Positions 39,546 through 54,565 are shown, counted from the stretch's first letter. The stretch: DNA of 64,000 bases from Octopus sinensis (GCF_006345805.1 NC_042997.1:35340001-35404000); one strand, 5' to 3'. A program made the numbers and translations. The notes: a model not told the origin generated them from the sequence alone.

Positions 39546-40710
39546 ATGCTGCATCTAAGTCATTATCCTCGGAGGGTAAAAGTCACCCTAATGAAATATA
39601 TTTGGCCAAAGCAACGAAGATTGTGAGTATTTGTGTATATAAAATTTGCATATAGAAAATTGATGGTATAAAGACATTGAAATCAGAATAAAATGTGAAA
39701 GTATATGAATGATATGGGTCAGATTTTAGTTCAATAAGCAGAGAACTAACCGTGCCATGTAAGAATATGTTGGCTGTCAGATAAATATGTCCTATACAAG
39801 GTTACGTACGACATCAGATTTACAGTAAATGGCTTCCGGTCGATATAATGCATACTACCTAGTTTTGAATTAGTCTAGAATTTCAAAAGAGAGCGGTGGT
39901 TGATTTCCTTGTTTACAACGGAAGAGTGATTATATCATGAGTTGTCCAATATGTGAATGACGCCTCTATGCGGAAGAGAGAAAGAATGAAAATGTAAAAA
40001 TATGGCACCTGCATTAGAAATGTATTTGCTTATTACTACGAGCAGCAGGTTTATTGATGTGCAAAACTAATATTTACCAGGAAGGTATCTGAACGTTGGG
40101 ATACACCGGAATTTATGTAAAATGCGCTGAAAAGGACATAGCAAACGATGGAACCGTTTCACTTTGTTACGAGTTTCTCTCATTGATTAAATATAAATAA
40201 AGTGTTGCATTATGTCTACTCGAGAGGGATCTTCCTGCAATCCTATATGATACACAACGAGCCAGCCAGCCAGGCCGACTGCAAACCAACCTCCATCCAT
40301 CTATCCATCCATTCATCCATCCAACCAGCCAGCCAGCCAGCCAACCAGCTAAAGACAAATATATGTGGTCAGAAGAAAAATGCGTGGGTAATGGAATATA
40401 ATATATATTCTATCATTTTACTTGCATCTTGATACATGCATGGGAATATGTTATTTATAGATATGTCGATCGATGTTATAATTTCAGGTTTGTAATCCAG
40501 ACAATGCAACAGAGAATGTTCCGGAAAAATGATATAAATAATATAAGGTTCGATCGGTATTATTTTCTGTTAAGCCGCGATTAATAAACAACACTGCACA
40601 TATGCTGCCGATACAATCGGGTAATTTTCTCATCTATCAACGTAAAAATGTAGTTATTAATCTTACTGCACCTAAATCTATTATTATGAGATCATACATA
40701 CATGCATGCA

Positions 40711-40744
<34 letters not shown>

Positions 40745-40955
40745 ATGATGATGAATTACATACATACATACACACAGACACGTACACACATTGATGTAAA
40801 CACAGAGATATGCATTGTGTTGTAGAATAATACATATCGCTTTGTAATCGAATAATTTGGTCATTTCTTGTTCAAATGATCTCGAATTTTAACAGCTTGT
40901 GCAGAAAGCAATGGACATTTTATGTTTAATAATGTTTTTACTTTCATGTATAGAA

Positions 40956-41975
40956 ATGCCATTCACAGGAAAAGAAAAGTTGTTTTGTATTTTAGAGTAT
41001 ACTCGAACATAATAAATCAAGACTTTGCAGTAAGACTTTCTGAAAGTATTTAGCTAAAAATGCACCAAATGTAGTGCATATTTGCTTAAAGCGCTGCAGC
41101 AGGAAAGCTCTTTGAATAGGTTAAAGGGTTTCTAGACGACGAACATCTCGGAACAGATGGTCAAGTGAAAATATTTTTTTCAAGCCCCGTGAGGTCCTTG
41201 AAAGTAGCAAGTCTTGAAAGCCAGGTTCCTGCAATGACAATTTGGTTGGCGTGTAGCAAAGGAAACACGTGCGATTGACATACTATAAGTTGCAGCTCGT
41301 TTAGGCCTTAAAGGCAAATGACAAACAAAAGCGCAAATAATTCCGAGTCGATATGCAAGAGAAACCTGAAAAAGACAAGTGTGAACAGTGCATTCTTTCC
41401 ACTGGTGTGGCCACAATTCAGAGGAATAGCAAAGTCACCAACCATAATATTCACATTTAGGTTGAAGACAATCCCGACGCCACAGTTGAGCGCAAGAGGG
41501 CCTCATCAAAGGTGAAGGTGTTTGCGCAATATTCAAGAATCATCTTTTCTTTGCGGGGAAGGTCAGGCGATATTTATCTGCATATGTTTCACAACTGGTT
41601 TATTAATAAGCCCATTGCAAGTGAACATGATTACTTACTTTTAAAACAGAACGGCGCTTCATTTCATTGTGTAAATTTATCTCAATGAAAATTTGCCAGG
41701 GAGTAAGTGAGGATGTGCTGATGATAACGACAGTGTATTGCTGAAATGGACACCACGCTCACCTAACGTTACACCTTTCGAACTTTTTCTTTCTAAGGGC
41801 GATATGAAGAAGTTGAACTCTCTTCATACTCTTACTAAAAGCTTAGGGAAACACAATTAGAGGATCACTGCTGCACTGGAGACTGCTACCCAAGATTTGC
41901 AACATGTTTGTAAGCAGCTAGACTAGTGACTTGAAACGTGCTGTGTCGTGGGCGGATCACAGACTGAAAATGTGA
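40956..41975 (+). mobile_element. Near full-length degenerate Tc1/mariner transposase pseudogene
   Basis: MPFTGKEKLFCILEY (N-terminal HTH), SPVRS, YKLQLV*AL, QNGASFH, WTPRSPNVTPFE (WPPRSPDLTP motif) and RITAA. Many stops. Confidence 0.8.
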
Positions 41976-44169
41976 AAACTTTTGAAATGGTTCATGAAAT
42001 CCACATATCTTTGAAGTTCCCATACAAATTTTGCTGAATAAATCTTAATTTACTCATCATTAAACCTCTTTAGTTTCATTTGCCAAGACTATCTAGTTAC
42101 TCAGACCTTTACATTTGAAATGATGAACGTTTTCAACCAACTTGTATATGCGTGTGCGTGTGTGTGGGTATATATATATATACATGTACATACACGTATA
42201 CATATATAAATGTACATATACATATACACTCACGCAGACACGTCTACACACTTATATACGCAAATGCCCACATACATACATACGTACATAGAAATATATA
42301 TATATATGCGTACATGCTTGTATGCATGTATGCGCACGTACACGTATAACATGCATAAATACACACACATATACATACACACACACATACATATGTATAT
42401 ATATTTATACACACACACATACTCACTCGTTTTCCACTGGGCAGTAATGCCCTTGAGAGATGGATATTAACCTGCATCTACTCCCACTCCCGTCAAATAC
42501 ATAAGTACAAACTTTGTATTTTTTATTGTTTGCTTTGTGCCAATGTCAAAATATAATATTAAAATTTAGTATCGCATAATCGAGTCGCATAAACCGCAAA
42601 AAGTCAGAATATATACCTAACTATTTAGTTCCGTCCGTAGATAACATTGTGATCTTTATTGCCATACGTCATTTGCACACTAAAATACGATTCCCAATTA
42701 CATACTGCTATTATTTATTTTCCTGTAGTATATGTAATAGAATCTTGTAGTATATTTGACAGTCCAAACCTTAATAGAAGCAATTCACTCTTTTGAAGGC
42801 TTAATATACTACGGACACCAAATATTAAATGTTATATATTTGAATAGTGTAACCAAAGTAAATGTATATATATATATATATATATAATACATACATTCAT
42901 ATGAGAATACAACATATGTTACGCACTATATGGAAACAGCATTGTCGAAATGGGATGCACTAGATACACGTTTCATTGTTGCCAACCAACGCATAGCATT
43001 ATATGCCAGCAGCTGCATTCTTCTAAAATGACCAGAATTCGGTGCGGACGATACAGCGAAAGCCATTATGTGTTTTAACTACAATACAGGTATGACATAA
43101 AGTGCAGTCCAATTGCAATTTCTGAGCGTGCTTTCAGTTCTATTCAATCAATAGAAAAATGCTGTTATCTTGTAAATCACGGAATGAAATAATCAATATA
43201 TTATTTCCAGGGAACAAGGTGGTAAAACCTTAAGACATAAATGTGTTTCTTAGAGCAGTTCTAAATTTTACATGCATAAAGTTGGAAGACTGGAAACAAA
43301 ATGTCTCTAGCTTGATATTTCATGATTTACAGGAGGAAGTAATGGGTTTTATAATGCTAATTTCTTCACAAATGTCCTTATTTGTATAAGTAAAATAAAA
43401 CGGATTTGATAGGTTATTGAGTTCATGTTGCGATATCTGGTTCTGCGGAGCACTACACTTTTCCAAAGAACTATGTAATGTTTCAATCTATTACAGCCAC
43501 ACGTTTATGCATATGTTTGTATGCAGAAGTTTGTTTAGTGAATGAACCATTAAATTCCAAAATCATATAAAGAAATGCATTGATTATATTTGAAATTCTA
43601 CGTCTTCCTTAGATGTAGATAGTCGATGATAGTAAATGGCCTCACATGAAAGACTTAGACATATTAACGCACAAAAAAATGTAAAAGGTTATTTCATTTA
43701 CTAATCCCGATTATATCAATCTTACAGCTAATAGCACGTATTCTCATCCTAGAAAACATTAAGGAAAAAGGAAATTAAAAACAGAGAATGAAAATCAATA
43801 TTGAGTCAAAGTAAGAAAATGAAAGAAACTAAAATGTTTCAGAATAAAATTATTATTATTTAAAGTGCTGCATTTGTGTGTTTGTGTTTCTATTAATACG
43901 TGAATAATGAATAGTAGTTTGTTATACTTACCCCCCATCAAAAGATGGAAAGCCGACATCAAAATACGGATGTCTTTCATTAACGTCATAGCGATGTATA
44001 GGCGATAATTCATTCCCGTACGGCGGTCAGTTCAAATGGTTATCTAATGCAGGAAATAAAATAATAATTAAAGCAATGAATAATGAATTAAGAACGACAT
44101 AACAGTAGATACGAAAGTTCAATGCATACAATTACAGTATGAAACAAAAGCAACAACAACAGAAAGATT

Positions 44170-44320
44170 AATATTAGTTGTTCTAAATTTCGGCACAAGG
44201 CCAACAGTTTTCAAGGGAAAAGTTAGCCGATAACATCTACCATGTACTGGACTGGTACCGTGTTTTACCGACTCGGAAATGGTAAAAAAAAAGACCACTT
44301 TGAGAGGATTCGAACGTATC
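44170..44320 (-). mobile_element. Degenerate family C-related SINE fragment
   Basis: gactggtacc..ttttaccgactcggaaatg..aaagaccactttgagaggattcgaac is the reverse complement of the central domain and B box. Confidence 0.5.
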
Positions 44321-44447
44321 AATCATCTCCTGTGTGAATACTGTAGTGAGTACAATATATATATATATATATAATAAAATATTAGGGAATAAATCCAAAC
44401 TTACAGGGAAAAATCAGATTTAGGATTGAATCCAATTTTATAGTAAA

Positions 44448-44628
44448 ATATATTATATAAAATTAGTGATAAAACCACTATTAGGCAAATCATACAATGT
44501 GTTATACTAATTATCTTTTTTTAATAATTTTGATATATATTTAAAATAATATAAATTAATGAATCTTATGTATTGGCTTAAGTTTTTCATTGTATGATTT
44601 GCCTAATAGTGGTTTTATCTCTAATTTG

Positions 44629-44639
<11 letters not shown>
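44448..44639. repeat. ~52-bp inverted repeat (44448-44499 and 44588-44639) within a short repeat flanked by (TA)n
   Basis: aattagtgataaaaccactattaggcaaatcatacaatg versus cattgtatgatttgcctaatagtggttttatctctaatt. Confidence 0.9.
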
Positions 44640-44684
<45 letters not shown>

Positions 44685-44687
44685 CAC

Positions 44688-45140
44688 GAGCATGACTGTA
44701 TAGATAAAAGAGTGCATTGGAATGTTACCCGAGTGTGGGGCTTCCAAACAACCGGAATATGAACACGAACCAGGGGCTTTTGTTTTAAGAGAATGAGAAT
44801 TACAGGATACTTTGGGTCTTTCCCCATAAAGGCTGAGTGTACTATTGAAGCAAGGAGACCTAAAATGATCATAGAGGATAAAGGACACAGTGTAAGCTAA
44901 CACATTTTACAACTTTCTATGATAGCAGAGGCGATACCAGAAAACGGAATGAAGTTGAGAAAAATTAGGATATATTCAGTGAGCTGATGAGACTGGAAAA
45001 CAAAAAAAAAAAACAAACAATTAGTTCACTAGTAATTAGTGCACTTGGCGCAGAACACAAAATTCTACCTAAAAGATCGGAATTGACTGGAATTGAAACT
45101 CGCATTATCGACTCTTTGAAAATTGCCATGCTATCATATC
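44688..45140 (+). mobile_element. Degenerate RLE domain fragment of an R4/Dong-like LINE
   Basis: RVHWNV, YEHEP, ENENYRILW, IEARRPKMII and LVISALG in order. Confidence 0.75.
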
Positions 45141-45412
45141 AATCATGAAAATTGAGTGCCTGTTAACTAAATTAGCATGCAATAGTGTAATAATAATGCA
45201 GCACACAATGCAAACACTACTACAATAAAAAGACTACAAACAGGCCCCATAACAAAACGAACTGACGCAATACAATACGGGGAAGAGTTTTCACTCCCGC
45301 AACAAGACAAGAGAACACACCATGCTCAATACACCCCAGCAACAAAGAGAAATAGCAAGTGGTGCTGCAGAAATTTGTCTGAAAACTACCAAATTTTTTT
45401 ATAATAACAAAA

Positions 45413-45527
45413 ATAATGATGATGATGATGATGATGATGATGATAATGATGATGATGATGATGATGATAATGATGATGATGATGATGATGATGATGATAT
45501 GATGATGATAATGATGATGTTAATGCC

Positions 45528-45591
<64 letters not shown>

Positions 45592-45610
45592 TAATAATAA
45601 TAATAAAATA

Positions 45611-45646
<36 letters not shown>

Positions 45647-45702
45647 TAATAATAATAATAAAATAATAATAATAATAATAATATAATATAATAATAATAA
45701 TA
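45413..45702. repeat. (GAT)n followed by (AAT)n microsatellite
   Basis: Direct reading. It explains the poly-D/I/L/Y ORFs. Confidence 0.95.
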
Positions 45703-47333
45703 CACTGGGGACGTTTAACAGAAACAGAACACCGGGGGCGTTTAGGATGTAACAGCGATAAAACATTGCTCCGAAATCTATCCCAAAACATCGGGAATAA
45801 AGCCAACAAATGGAGCCTTAAATAACTGACAAAATTTCGAACTATATCCGCGTAATACTCATTAAAATGTATTTCTTTTCTAATGAAATCAAGTATTTTA
45901 ACTGCGTATCATCTCCATCACTCGCACAAACCGTGTCAACACAGTCACCAGACTGTGTTAAACTATACCCGAGTAAGAAATATCAAAATCATTTTGGACT
46001 ATATCCGAGTAATACTGATTAAAATTTGTTTCTATTTTCCAAATGAAATGATACCTTTTAACTGTGTATCGTCTCCGTCACTCGCACAACACGCGTAAAC
46101 ATGTTTGCCACATTACGATCAGACCATCTCCGTCGCAAACCACCATACACAAAAAATGAAAAATAATACCCGTATAATTCAAACCAAGGATAACAAACGG
46201 GAAGTACGTATTTCAAACTTATTACAAAAGAAGTACGAAAAGCTACACATGCAAAACCATTTAACAGCAGAAATGAACCTCCGGTAACCTTCGATAATGA
46301 TGACAATCAAAATAAAGGACCGAACGTTATGCGCTATGTATCGCAAATGGAATAGAAAAAGCATAAATGGACATGTGAGGAATATATTTCAATCCGACGC
46401 ACTTATTTTACAGCAGTGGTCTACCTTCAGAACGAAAACGAAATATATACATATAAAATGTGGCAGAAAAATAATCTAGATAAAGATCTGGATACAGCAA
46501 TAAACCCTAATATACTAGCTAACATAGGCAGATATATTCTGAAAACAAAAATATATTAGAAATAGAAATAGAACACTTAAAAGGAAAAAATACACCAGGA
46601 AAACGTAGATAGTATCAATACAGCAATGCAAAATAATATTAGAAGACCTGTGACTATAAAATAAAAAAGACGGACGTAATATGCCCAAGAAAAATGAAGT
46701 AAATACGGAAAAACAACGAATCCAAATGGTAGGAATGTATAATGATGAGCAAAATGCACCAAACCAGTAACACCACAGACAAAAATATGACTACGAAACA
46801 AATCTAAAGCTTGGAAACTGTGAAGGTGAATCTAATGATTATGATACTTTAACAATGAGCATAATCCATAGGTTTCAGTATAGACCACCGATTGTACCTC
46901 CCCCCAAAATAAGATTGATAATAAAACAGCATCAATAAGAAATAGCGTGAACCTGGCCATTAGAGAACTAATAGTCACAGAACAAATGTCAATATGACTA
47001 AGCTAAATGACATATATATATATGTGTGTGGAGGCGCAATGGCCGAGTGGTTAGGACTCGCGGTTTTAGAATCGTGGTTTCGATTCCCAGACCGGGCGTT
47101 TTGAGTGCTTATTGAGTGAAAACACCTAAAGCTCCACGAGGCCCCGGCAGGGGGTGGTGGCGATCCCTGCTGTACTCTTTCGCCACAACTTTCTCACACT
47201 CTTTCTTTTGTTGGCCTACTCGCTTAGCCAGCGAGGTGGCGTCATTTGAAGGCCAAAACAATGCGAAGCGCATTGTGACCAGCGGTGTGTAGCAACATCT
47301 GATAGCCTGGTCGGTCACTATGGTCACGGTGGT

Positions 47334-47381
<48 letters not shown>

Positions 47382-49155
47382 GCAGCTTCTGTGACCACAA
47401 AAGTAGCTCGATACCGCTAAGAACACATCCAAACAGGAGTATCACCACCCAAACAAACCCAGTGAATATATAGTATCCAGAAAAAATAAGAGAAAGGATC
47501 TGTCAATATTTAATGAAACTAGTAGACAATCAACACTATTAAACAACAAGAAGAGATGAAAAATACTGCGTAAATACAAAATTGCAAAACAAGGTAAACC
47601 CGAGGTAAAAGAACAGCTAAAGCAAGATATCATCACCAAAGCACAAAGAACCCTTCGTCATCAGAAACGGCAACGTTTCTTTGAACAAAACAAATAGTTC
47701 AACTTCAGTCCCCAAAGACTCTACCAAGAATATGGCAAAAATAAAATAGAGATCGATGTAGCACCAACAGCAGAAGTATTTTGGAACAAAATTTTGTCGG
47801 CGAAGGAACAGCCTCAGAAAATATCTACCAAACGAACGAACTCAGCACCTGAATAACTCTGGACCCTTTTAACAACTGGAGAGGTCACTCAGGTACTGCA
47901 AAATCTAAGCAACTGCAAAGCACCCGGGCACGAGAAAATCCCCAACTTCTGGTTAAAATATCTAACAGGTACACATAAAATGCTGGCTGAGAAATTTAAT
48001 GAAATTCTAGCAGAGCCAGAGGCAATGCCTGAATGGCTCGCGGAAGCATAATATATAAGCATAATGTATATAAAACATTCCATGAATAAATGGCAGAGTG
48101 TGTTACATTACCAGACAAATATCTTTATCAGAACTGAATTTGGATACAAGTGTTTCGATAAAACAAACAGCCACCCCTTCTATATGTGTAATCTAAAATT
48201 GTACACTACAAAGGACAAACAGCTGGAAATATTACTTCAGAAAGTATTTGGATTTACCAAAGAAATAGTTGCGAAATTCGTCTTACAAAAATGTGTCAAA
48301 GCAACCTGGAAATGAGGACACCTAATTAAGAGTAACAACATCACACTATACAAAGCAAATGAAATAAGAGAATTAGACCAAAACCAGATATGCAAATATT
48401 TAGGAATCAATGACATAGGTACGATACAACACACACAAATGAAAGAGAAGATACAAAAGAAATACTATAGAAGTGTTAGATTAATACTGAAAACAGAGCT
48501 GAATGCGAAAAACAAGATAATAGGTATCAACACTTCAGCTCTCCCAGTTATAAATTACAGCTCAAAATTCTTAAGAGGACTCGAAATGAACTAATCAAAT
48601 TAGACAGGAAAACAAGAATAATAATGACAGGATTTAGGTTGCAGTCCCCAAAATCTGGCATAGAAAGGCTATATATACAACGCATGGAAGGTGGTAGGCG
48701 CCTTATACAGCTAGAAAACCATTACAAAATAACCACCATAGGACTACAGAAATACTTACTTCATAAGCAACGAAAACTAGTACAAATAGCCACAAAACAT
48801 GAACAAAACAAAAAAAAACACTGCTTCCAATCTTTTAGGAAGCTGACAAATATAAAAGAAAGAAGTCATGGCACCTAACAAGTATAAGAAAAGAAGAAGC
48901 AACAAAAACTGTAAAACAACTGACATCCAAACTAAAACTGGAACAGCAATGGGTCATGATAAAATGATGACAAGAAAAGCCCATTCATGGCAAATATTGG
49001 GTTCAACTAAATAGAAAAAAGGAATAGATAAAGCAAAAAGTCAACAATGGCTGAGAAGCTCAGGACTAAAAGCAGACACTAAATGATTTTCAATTGCAGC
49101 ATAAGGGCAAAGCCTTGCCACCAGAAACCACCCAAAAAACAGTTAATGAAAAGAA
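45703..49155 (+). mobile_element. Degenerate R4/Dong-like (RLE clade) non-LTR retrotransposon with internal deletions, interrupted by a SINE
   Basis: NILANIGRYILK, QRFFEQNK*F, NCKAPGHEKIPNFWLKYL, MPEWL, LKLY, KYLGI, KTELNAKNKIIGINT, LDRKTR, IERLYIQRMEGGRRL, HGKY and WLRSSGLK. The 5' boundary (45703-46350) is uncertain. Confidence 0.88.
47030..47337 (+). mobile_element. tRNA-derived SINE family B, full length, inserted in (TA)n within the LINE
   Basis: A box TGGCCGAGTGG and B box GGTTTCGATTCC. Tail gcattgtgaccagc..ggtcggtcac is shared with 61535. Confidence 0.92.
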
Positions 49156-49216
49156 AGTTGCGCTTCGTAGTGCAGTGAAAGCACGTGATAAAAATAAGAT
49201 TACGGAATGATGATGA

Positions 49217-49251
<35 letters not shown>

Positions 49252-51231
49252 AACAATAATATTAATAACAATAATAAGGTTTGCAATATGGATGTAATAC
49301 GATCAGGCATTAGCATCCTTGTATGTTTCTGTTACTTCAATTAATCGTCTTTGGAAGGATGAAAATTACAAAAAATACGTTATTAAAAGTTTGTTATTTA
49401 TTTCCCTCGAAAATAACCTGTTTTCTTCCTTTTACGCAACTCAATACATTATTGCCCCAAACATAGAATCTTTCACTTCGTATCAATGCTAGAAGTACGT
49501 ATAATCTTTCGAACATCCTTTTCCATATATACGTCAGACCCATATGAGTATTCACTCTAGCACTACTACACTATAATGAAGCCCATCGTGCTACTTAGTA
49601 TAAATTCAATTACAAGAAATTTCACAGCCACGCTGTTTCATTTACTTTCCTTCTCAGCCGTTTCAATAAAAGCGTCACCAACGCCAATCTGCTTGATAAA
49701 TGCATTACTTGGTCCCATACAAAATGACTGTTTTCCCTCCTTACTTCAGCTTGACTGCTAGTTTTATTTTCTATCCAAAATAGTTTCTTCAATTGAATCT
49801 GTTGACTCATTGAAATCCTAGATATACTCGCCATATTTACGGCGTCGAACTGCAATTCTTCAAACTCACCACAAGTTACATCAATTGCAACAGTTCGTTG
49901 AGGTCTACAAAGATCACATACATTTCCTCTTACAATTTAGTTAATTAATTTTATAAATTAATTAATCGATGGATATATGTAACACTCGAAGCTGGTGATT
50001 TCCAAACTATACTAAGCTTCATATCAAACGATTTCTTGCAAACATTCTAATAACCATACTAATCTTTAGGATTATCGTGTTCACCCAGATAAAGGTCTCG
50101 TTTGAATGTCACCCGGAACAATGAAATTGATGCTTAATTGCTTCGCATTGTAATCCTCTGAAAAGACACAAATACCATGAAGCATTTCTTTCGTTTCATC
50201 CACGCAAGGAAGAAAATTCATTACATGGTCAATAGCATTACTTGTAATTCAATCCCAACTCAGTACTTGTCTGGTCGCGTATGTGTGTAGCAAAGCAGTC
50301 CAACCATGAACGTCAATCTAATTGTTAGTTATAATGCATCGACATCTGCATTAACCAGTATAACATTTGTCAAAAGTTAGTAACAGTCAAGAATTATCAA
50401 CTCAAGTTTCATTATGTATTAGACAAATTTTCACAGATCCTAACTCCTATGTCACTAAAGAAATGGCGAAATGCGGTATAAGTTCATAAAGTAATATAAT
50501 GCTCCAATACATATGTTTGGTGCACTATTCCTCCTTCTCTCTATACCTCTCTCCCTCGTGTGAGTTTGTGTCTATGTATGTTTGTGTCTGTATGTGTGTG
50601 TGTGTGTTTGTCCATGTGTATGAATTTATTGAACTGTTAGATTAACAATGATTATATTAGGACTGTCAGTTCCATATTTGAATGGGCCATAAAATAATGG
50701 ATGGATATTGTGATGGTAATTAACGATGACTTGTAAACGGCTGAAAAAAAATACATTACATGTAGATTCGTTCGAATTAATTCGAGGTAACGAGACGAAC
50801 TTCAGTTTCACTGCGTTATGAAAGGCCTTTTTAAACACAGACTCGCGACGGCAGGGTTTCAAACTGTCACACGTATACTGTAAAAAATACACGCACGCAC
50901 ACGCACATCATACCACACCCCCACACACATATATACACACATGTATACAGTTATGCACATATGTGAATATTATATATCATAGCATTTTTTTCCTAATGGA
51001 CATAGGTCATTTAAACGTTTTCAATTTTAGCGATCGCTTTTCAATGGTTCTTTTTTCTCATGAATGAATGAGAGGTAGGCTATCTCTTTTAACTCGGAGT
51101 AATTGTGGAAACTTCTGACAAGAGGCAACATCATGTTGATAAAATTTAGAAATCATTTTGTCAAACTATTTCATTTATCTCGCCAAAGAAATATGTGGTT
51201 TGCTGCAAAATAGTAAGACTAGAAAACAAAA

Positions 51232-51342
51232 GGCTATGTGGTAAGTAGCTTGCTTACCAACCACATGTGCAAGTGTCTTGCTCTATAGCTTCTGGTCGAC
51301 CAAAGAATTGTATTTGGTAGAAGAAAACTGCAAAAAGCCTTT

Positions 51343-51386
<44 letters not shown>

Positions 51387-51545
51387 GCCCCAGAATGGCC
51401 ACAGCTCATGAACTGAAACTAGATAAAATAAATTATATACACACACACACACATATGATAAGTCCGGGTCGATTTGTTCGACTAAATCCGGTGCTCTAGC
51501 ATGGCATAGCCGAAGCCAAATGACTGATACAAATAAAAGAAAAAG
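51232..51545 (+). mobile_element. Internally deleted family A SINE pieces on +
   Basis: ggctatgtggtaagtagcttgcttaccaaccacatg head; tail ggtgctctagcatggc..aaatgactgatacaaataaaaga. Confidence 0.8.
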
Positions 51546-52842
51546 AATATAACTGGGAAGTGAAAAGAAAGAAAACTAAGAGTTGCGTCCCTTCTGCCAG
51601 TCCAAATCATAATTAATTTAGATGTAGTAATTCAAGGAAGCGGAGGTCAAAACCTGCGAGTCTGCTGCTCAATCTGGAGAGGACGGTGTCCTCTAGTCTG
51701 ACACAAACAATTTGTCCATGTGCTTTCATTTGCAAATGATTAGCCATTAAATCAAAGATTATCAGTTCATTCCCAGTCCAGATGCACCGTTGGGTTCTTG
51801 GATTAGTCCACACAGTTAGCCAAAGGGCTCATTAAGATTGTCATAAGCGGCAAGGTAGCCCCAATTTAGCGTGTCACGGTTATCGCATCAATGGTGTGAA
51901 AATATTTGGACCTGAAGAGCAATTCTTTCGGTGTAAGTGGTTTGTGATATCCTGCTTATACCCTATCTGACTCCCCTCAGACACTCAGACACGTACACAA
52001 CACAAGCCTTTTCATGGTTGTGTGTGAGCGTGTACATCTGCATAATATGCATGTTTACACAACATTATACTGTCAAATGAGCAATAAATAAACCGTGTCT
52101 AAATAACACCATCCCCTGTAGAGTATCTGCCATAACTCTCCAAATATTTAAATATGTGCAATAACATGTTAGTAAAATTAACTGTCTTCATACATATGTC
52201 ACACTGAGTTTTAAATATGAAATGTTCGCTGTTTCATAAAACAGTTCACATCTTGTTCCACATTCTATACATCACCTTTCCTCATTCTCCTAACCTATCG
52301 TATCTAAATAACTATATACTTTAGCATATGTTCACAGGGACACACATATATGTATTGCGATATTTACGTATGATAGTATCGCTAAACACATGCACGTGTG
52401 TGTACGGATGATTTTATTTGACTTATTTTATTTTGCATTTAAAAACGAAATATATCATGGTAATAGTGAATGACATCAATAGCAAGTAAGAAAATGTGAG
52501 CAATACTGTAAGGATATTTATGGTTGGATGTGAACTTAAAGCAAACGTTAGCAATAAAACACGAATTAAACAGGATTTATTCCCATGCTGTCGAAGCCAT
52601 ACTCCGTAAAATAAAATATAATGTGCATACACACACAAAGGCAAACAGACAGACACACACACACATACTGGGTGCGTAGATGTGTACATGAATGCTCCTG
52701 TGATAGCATGTGGAACGGATTATAAATATTTCTATGTGTGTATATGTGAGTGTGTGTGCGTGTGTGTGTGGCAGTGTATACACTTATATTCAGATATATT
52801 CATAAATACATACACGCATACACTCGAGCTAACACACACAAA

Positions 52843-53201
<359 letters not shown>

Positions 53202-54151
53202 GGAAAACATTACGATTTCGACGATTAGAGTCATATACGAACATTTACGTTAACAAATTTCCGCATAGATTACGTTATATTATTTAGCTGTTTAACTATA
53301 TACATATTTGAATGAAGTATATATCAAAAATACACAAATTTACTAAATTAAAATTTGAATAAAAACATGCATGTTTCTGTCAGTGATTACTATATAGATA
53401 GGTAAATTTCCGATGTTAATTTTAAACACTTAAAATTAGTTTTGCCGTAGTCAGCAATAGCAATGACAGAGAGTAGAAATCGCACACTTATGAATATTAT
53501 TACTACTGGATTACTCACTATCCAGTTATGATAATCTATTTAATTTATTATGCGACTCAGTCGCCTTTAACGGAAAATCTATTTATCTTTAGTCGTTCTA
53601 AATTATTGAATTAGCCGTTAGCCCATGATTCACTGATCAGGTTTAATATGACCGATTTATTTCCACAGTTGTCATTGCACTGCTAAAGAGCTGATACATT
53701 TGCTACTGAATACTGTTGTTGATTAATTCTAATTAATAAACATCTTGGGTTTGTCTCCCCTCTATTCCTTGATGGGAGTTTGGTAGTTTGGTAATAATGT
53801 GCTCTCGTCACTAATCATGTTATTTTCATGAAATAATTAATATTTCTTCGCTTATCACATTAGGTATGCTACGTTCCATTTCGATTTTAATTCTCAATCT
53901 GCAGGAATCCTTGGGTAATTTTTTTCTTTACCTTTTCTTTTAGTTATTACGCCGCTGTTATTTTATGTCTCTCTTTATTTGTAATACTATATTGTTTTAT
54001 GTTTCGGTGAAAACTTTCTGGGTCTCTCAAGTGATTCTCATGCAATGAAATAAAACTAAAAGTATATTTCACACATGGGGCCCAGTATTACTGAAAGTTT
54101 TCAAGAGTTGTGAACATAGAGCTACACATCAAATTCAGTCGATTGTTTTAT

Positions 54152-54565
54152 CTCTTTACTCTTTTACTCTTTTACTTGTTTCAGTCATTTGACTGTGGCC
54201 ATGCTGGAGCATCGCCTTTAGTCGAGCAAATCGACCCCAGGACTTATTCTTTGTAAGCCCAGTACTTATTCTATCGGTCTCTTTTGCCGAACCGCAAAAC
54301 ACACCAGCATCGGTTGTCAAGCAATGCTAGGGGAACAAACAGAGACACACAAACATATACACACACACACATATATACACATACATATATATACATATAT
54401 ACGACATACTTCTTTCAGTTTCCGTCTACCAAATCCACTCACAAGGCATTGGTCGGCCCGGGGCTCTAGCAGAAGACACTTGCCCAAGATGCCACGCAGT
54501 GGGACTGAACCCACAACCATGTGGTTGGTAAGCAAGCTACTTACCACACAGCCACTCCTACGCCT
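54152..54565 (-). mobile_element. Young, near full-length family A SINE (tRNA head plus CORE)
   Basis: Minus strand has A box TGGCTGTGTGG, B box GGTTCAGTCCC, cttgggcaagtgtctt, internal (TG/TA)n and a 3' (AAAAGAGT)n tail. Confidence 0.93.

Noticed and set aside
47030-47100. tRNA genes at SINE heads (also 54480-54565 and 61535-61600)
   Set aside because: A and B boxes are present, but there is no full cloverleaf and the sequence continues into SINE bodies.
49400-50400. Possible ancient LINE RT on the minus strand (YVIFVDL-like motif)
   Set aside because: A single short motif; the other RT motifs could not be recovered.
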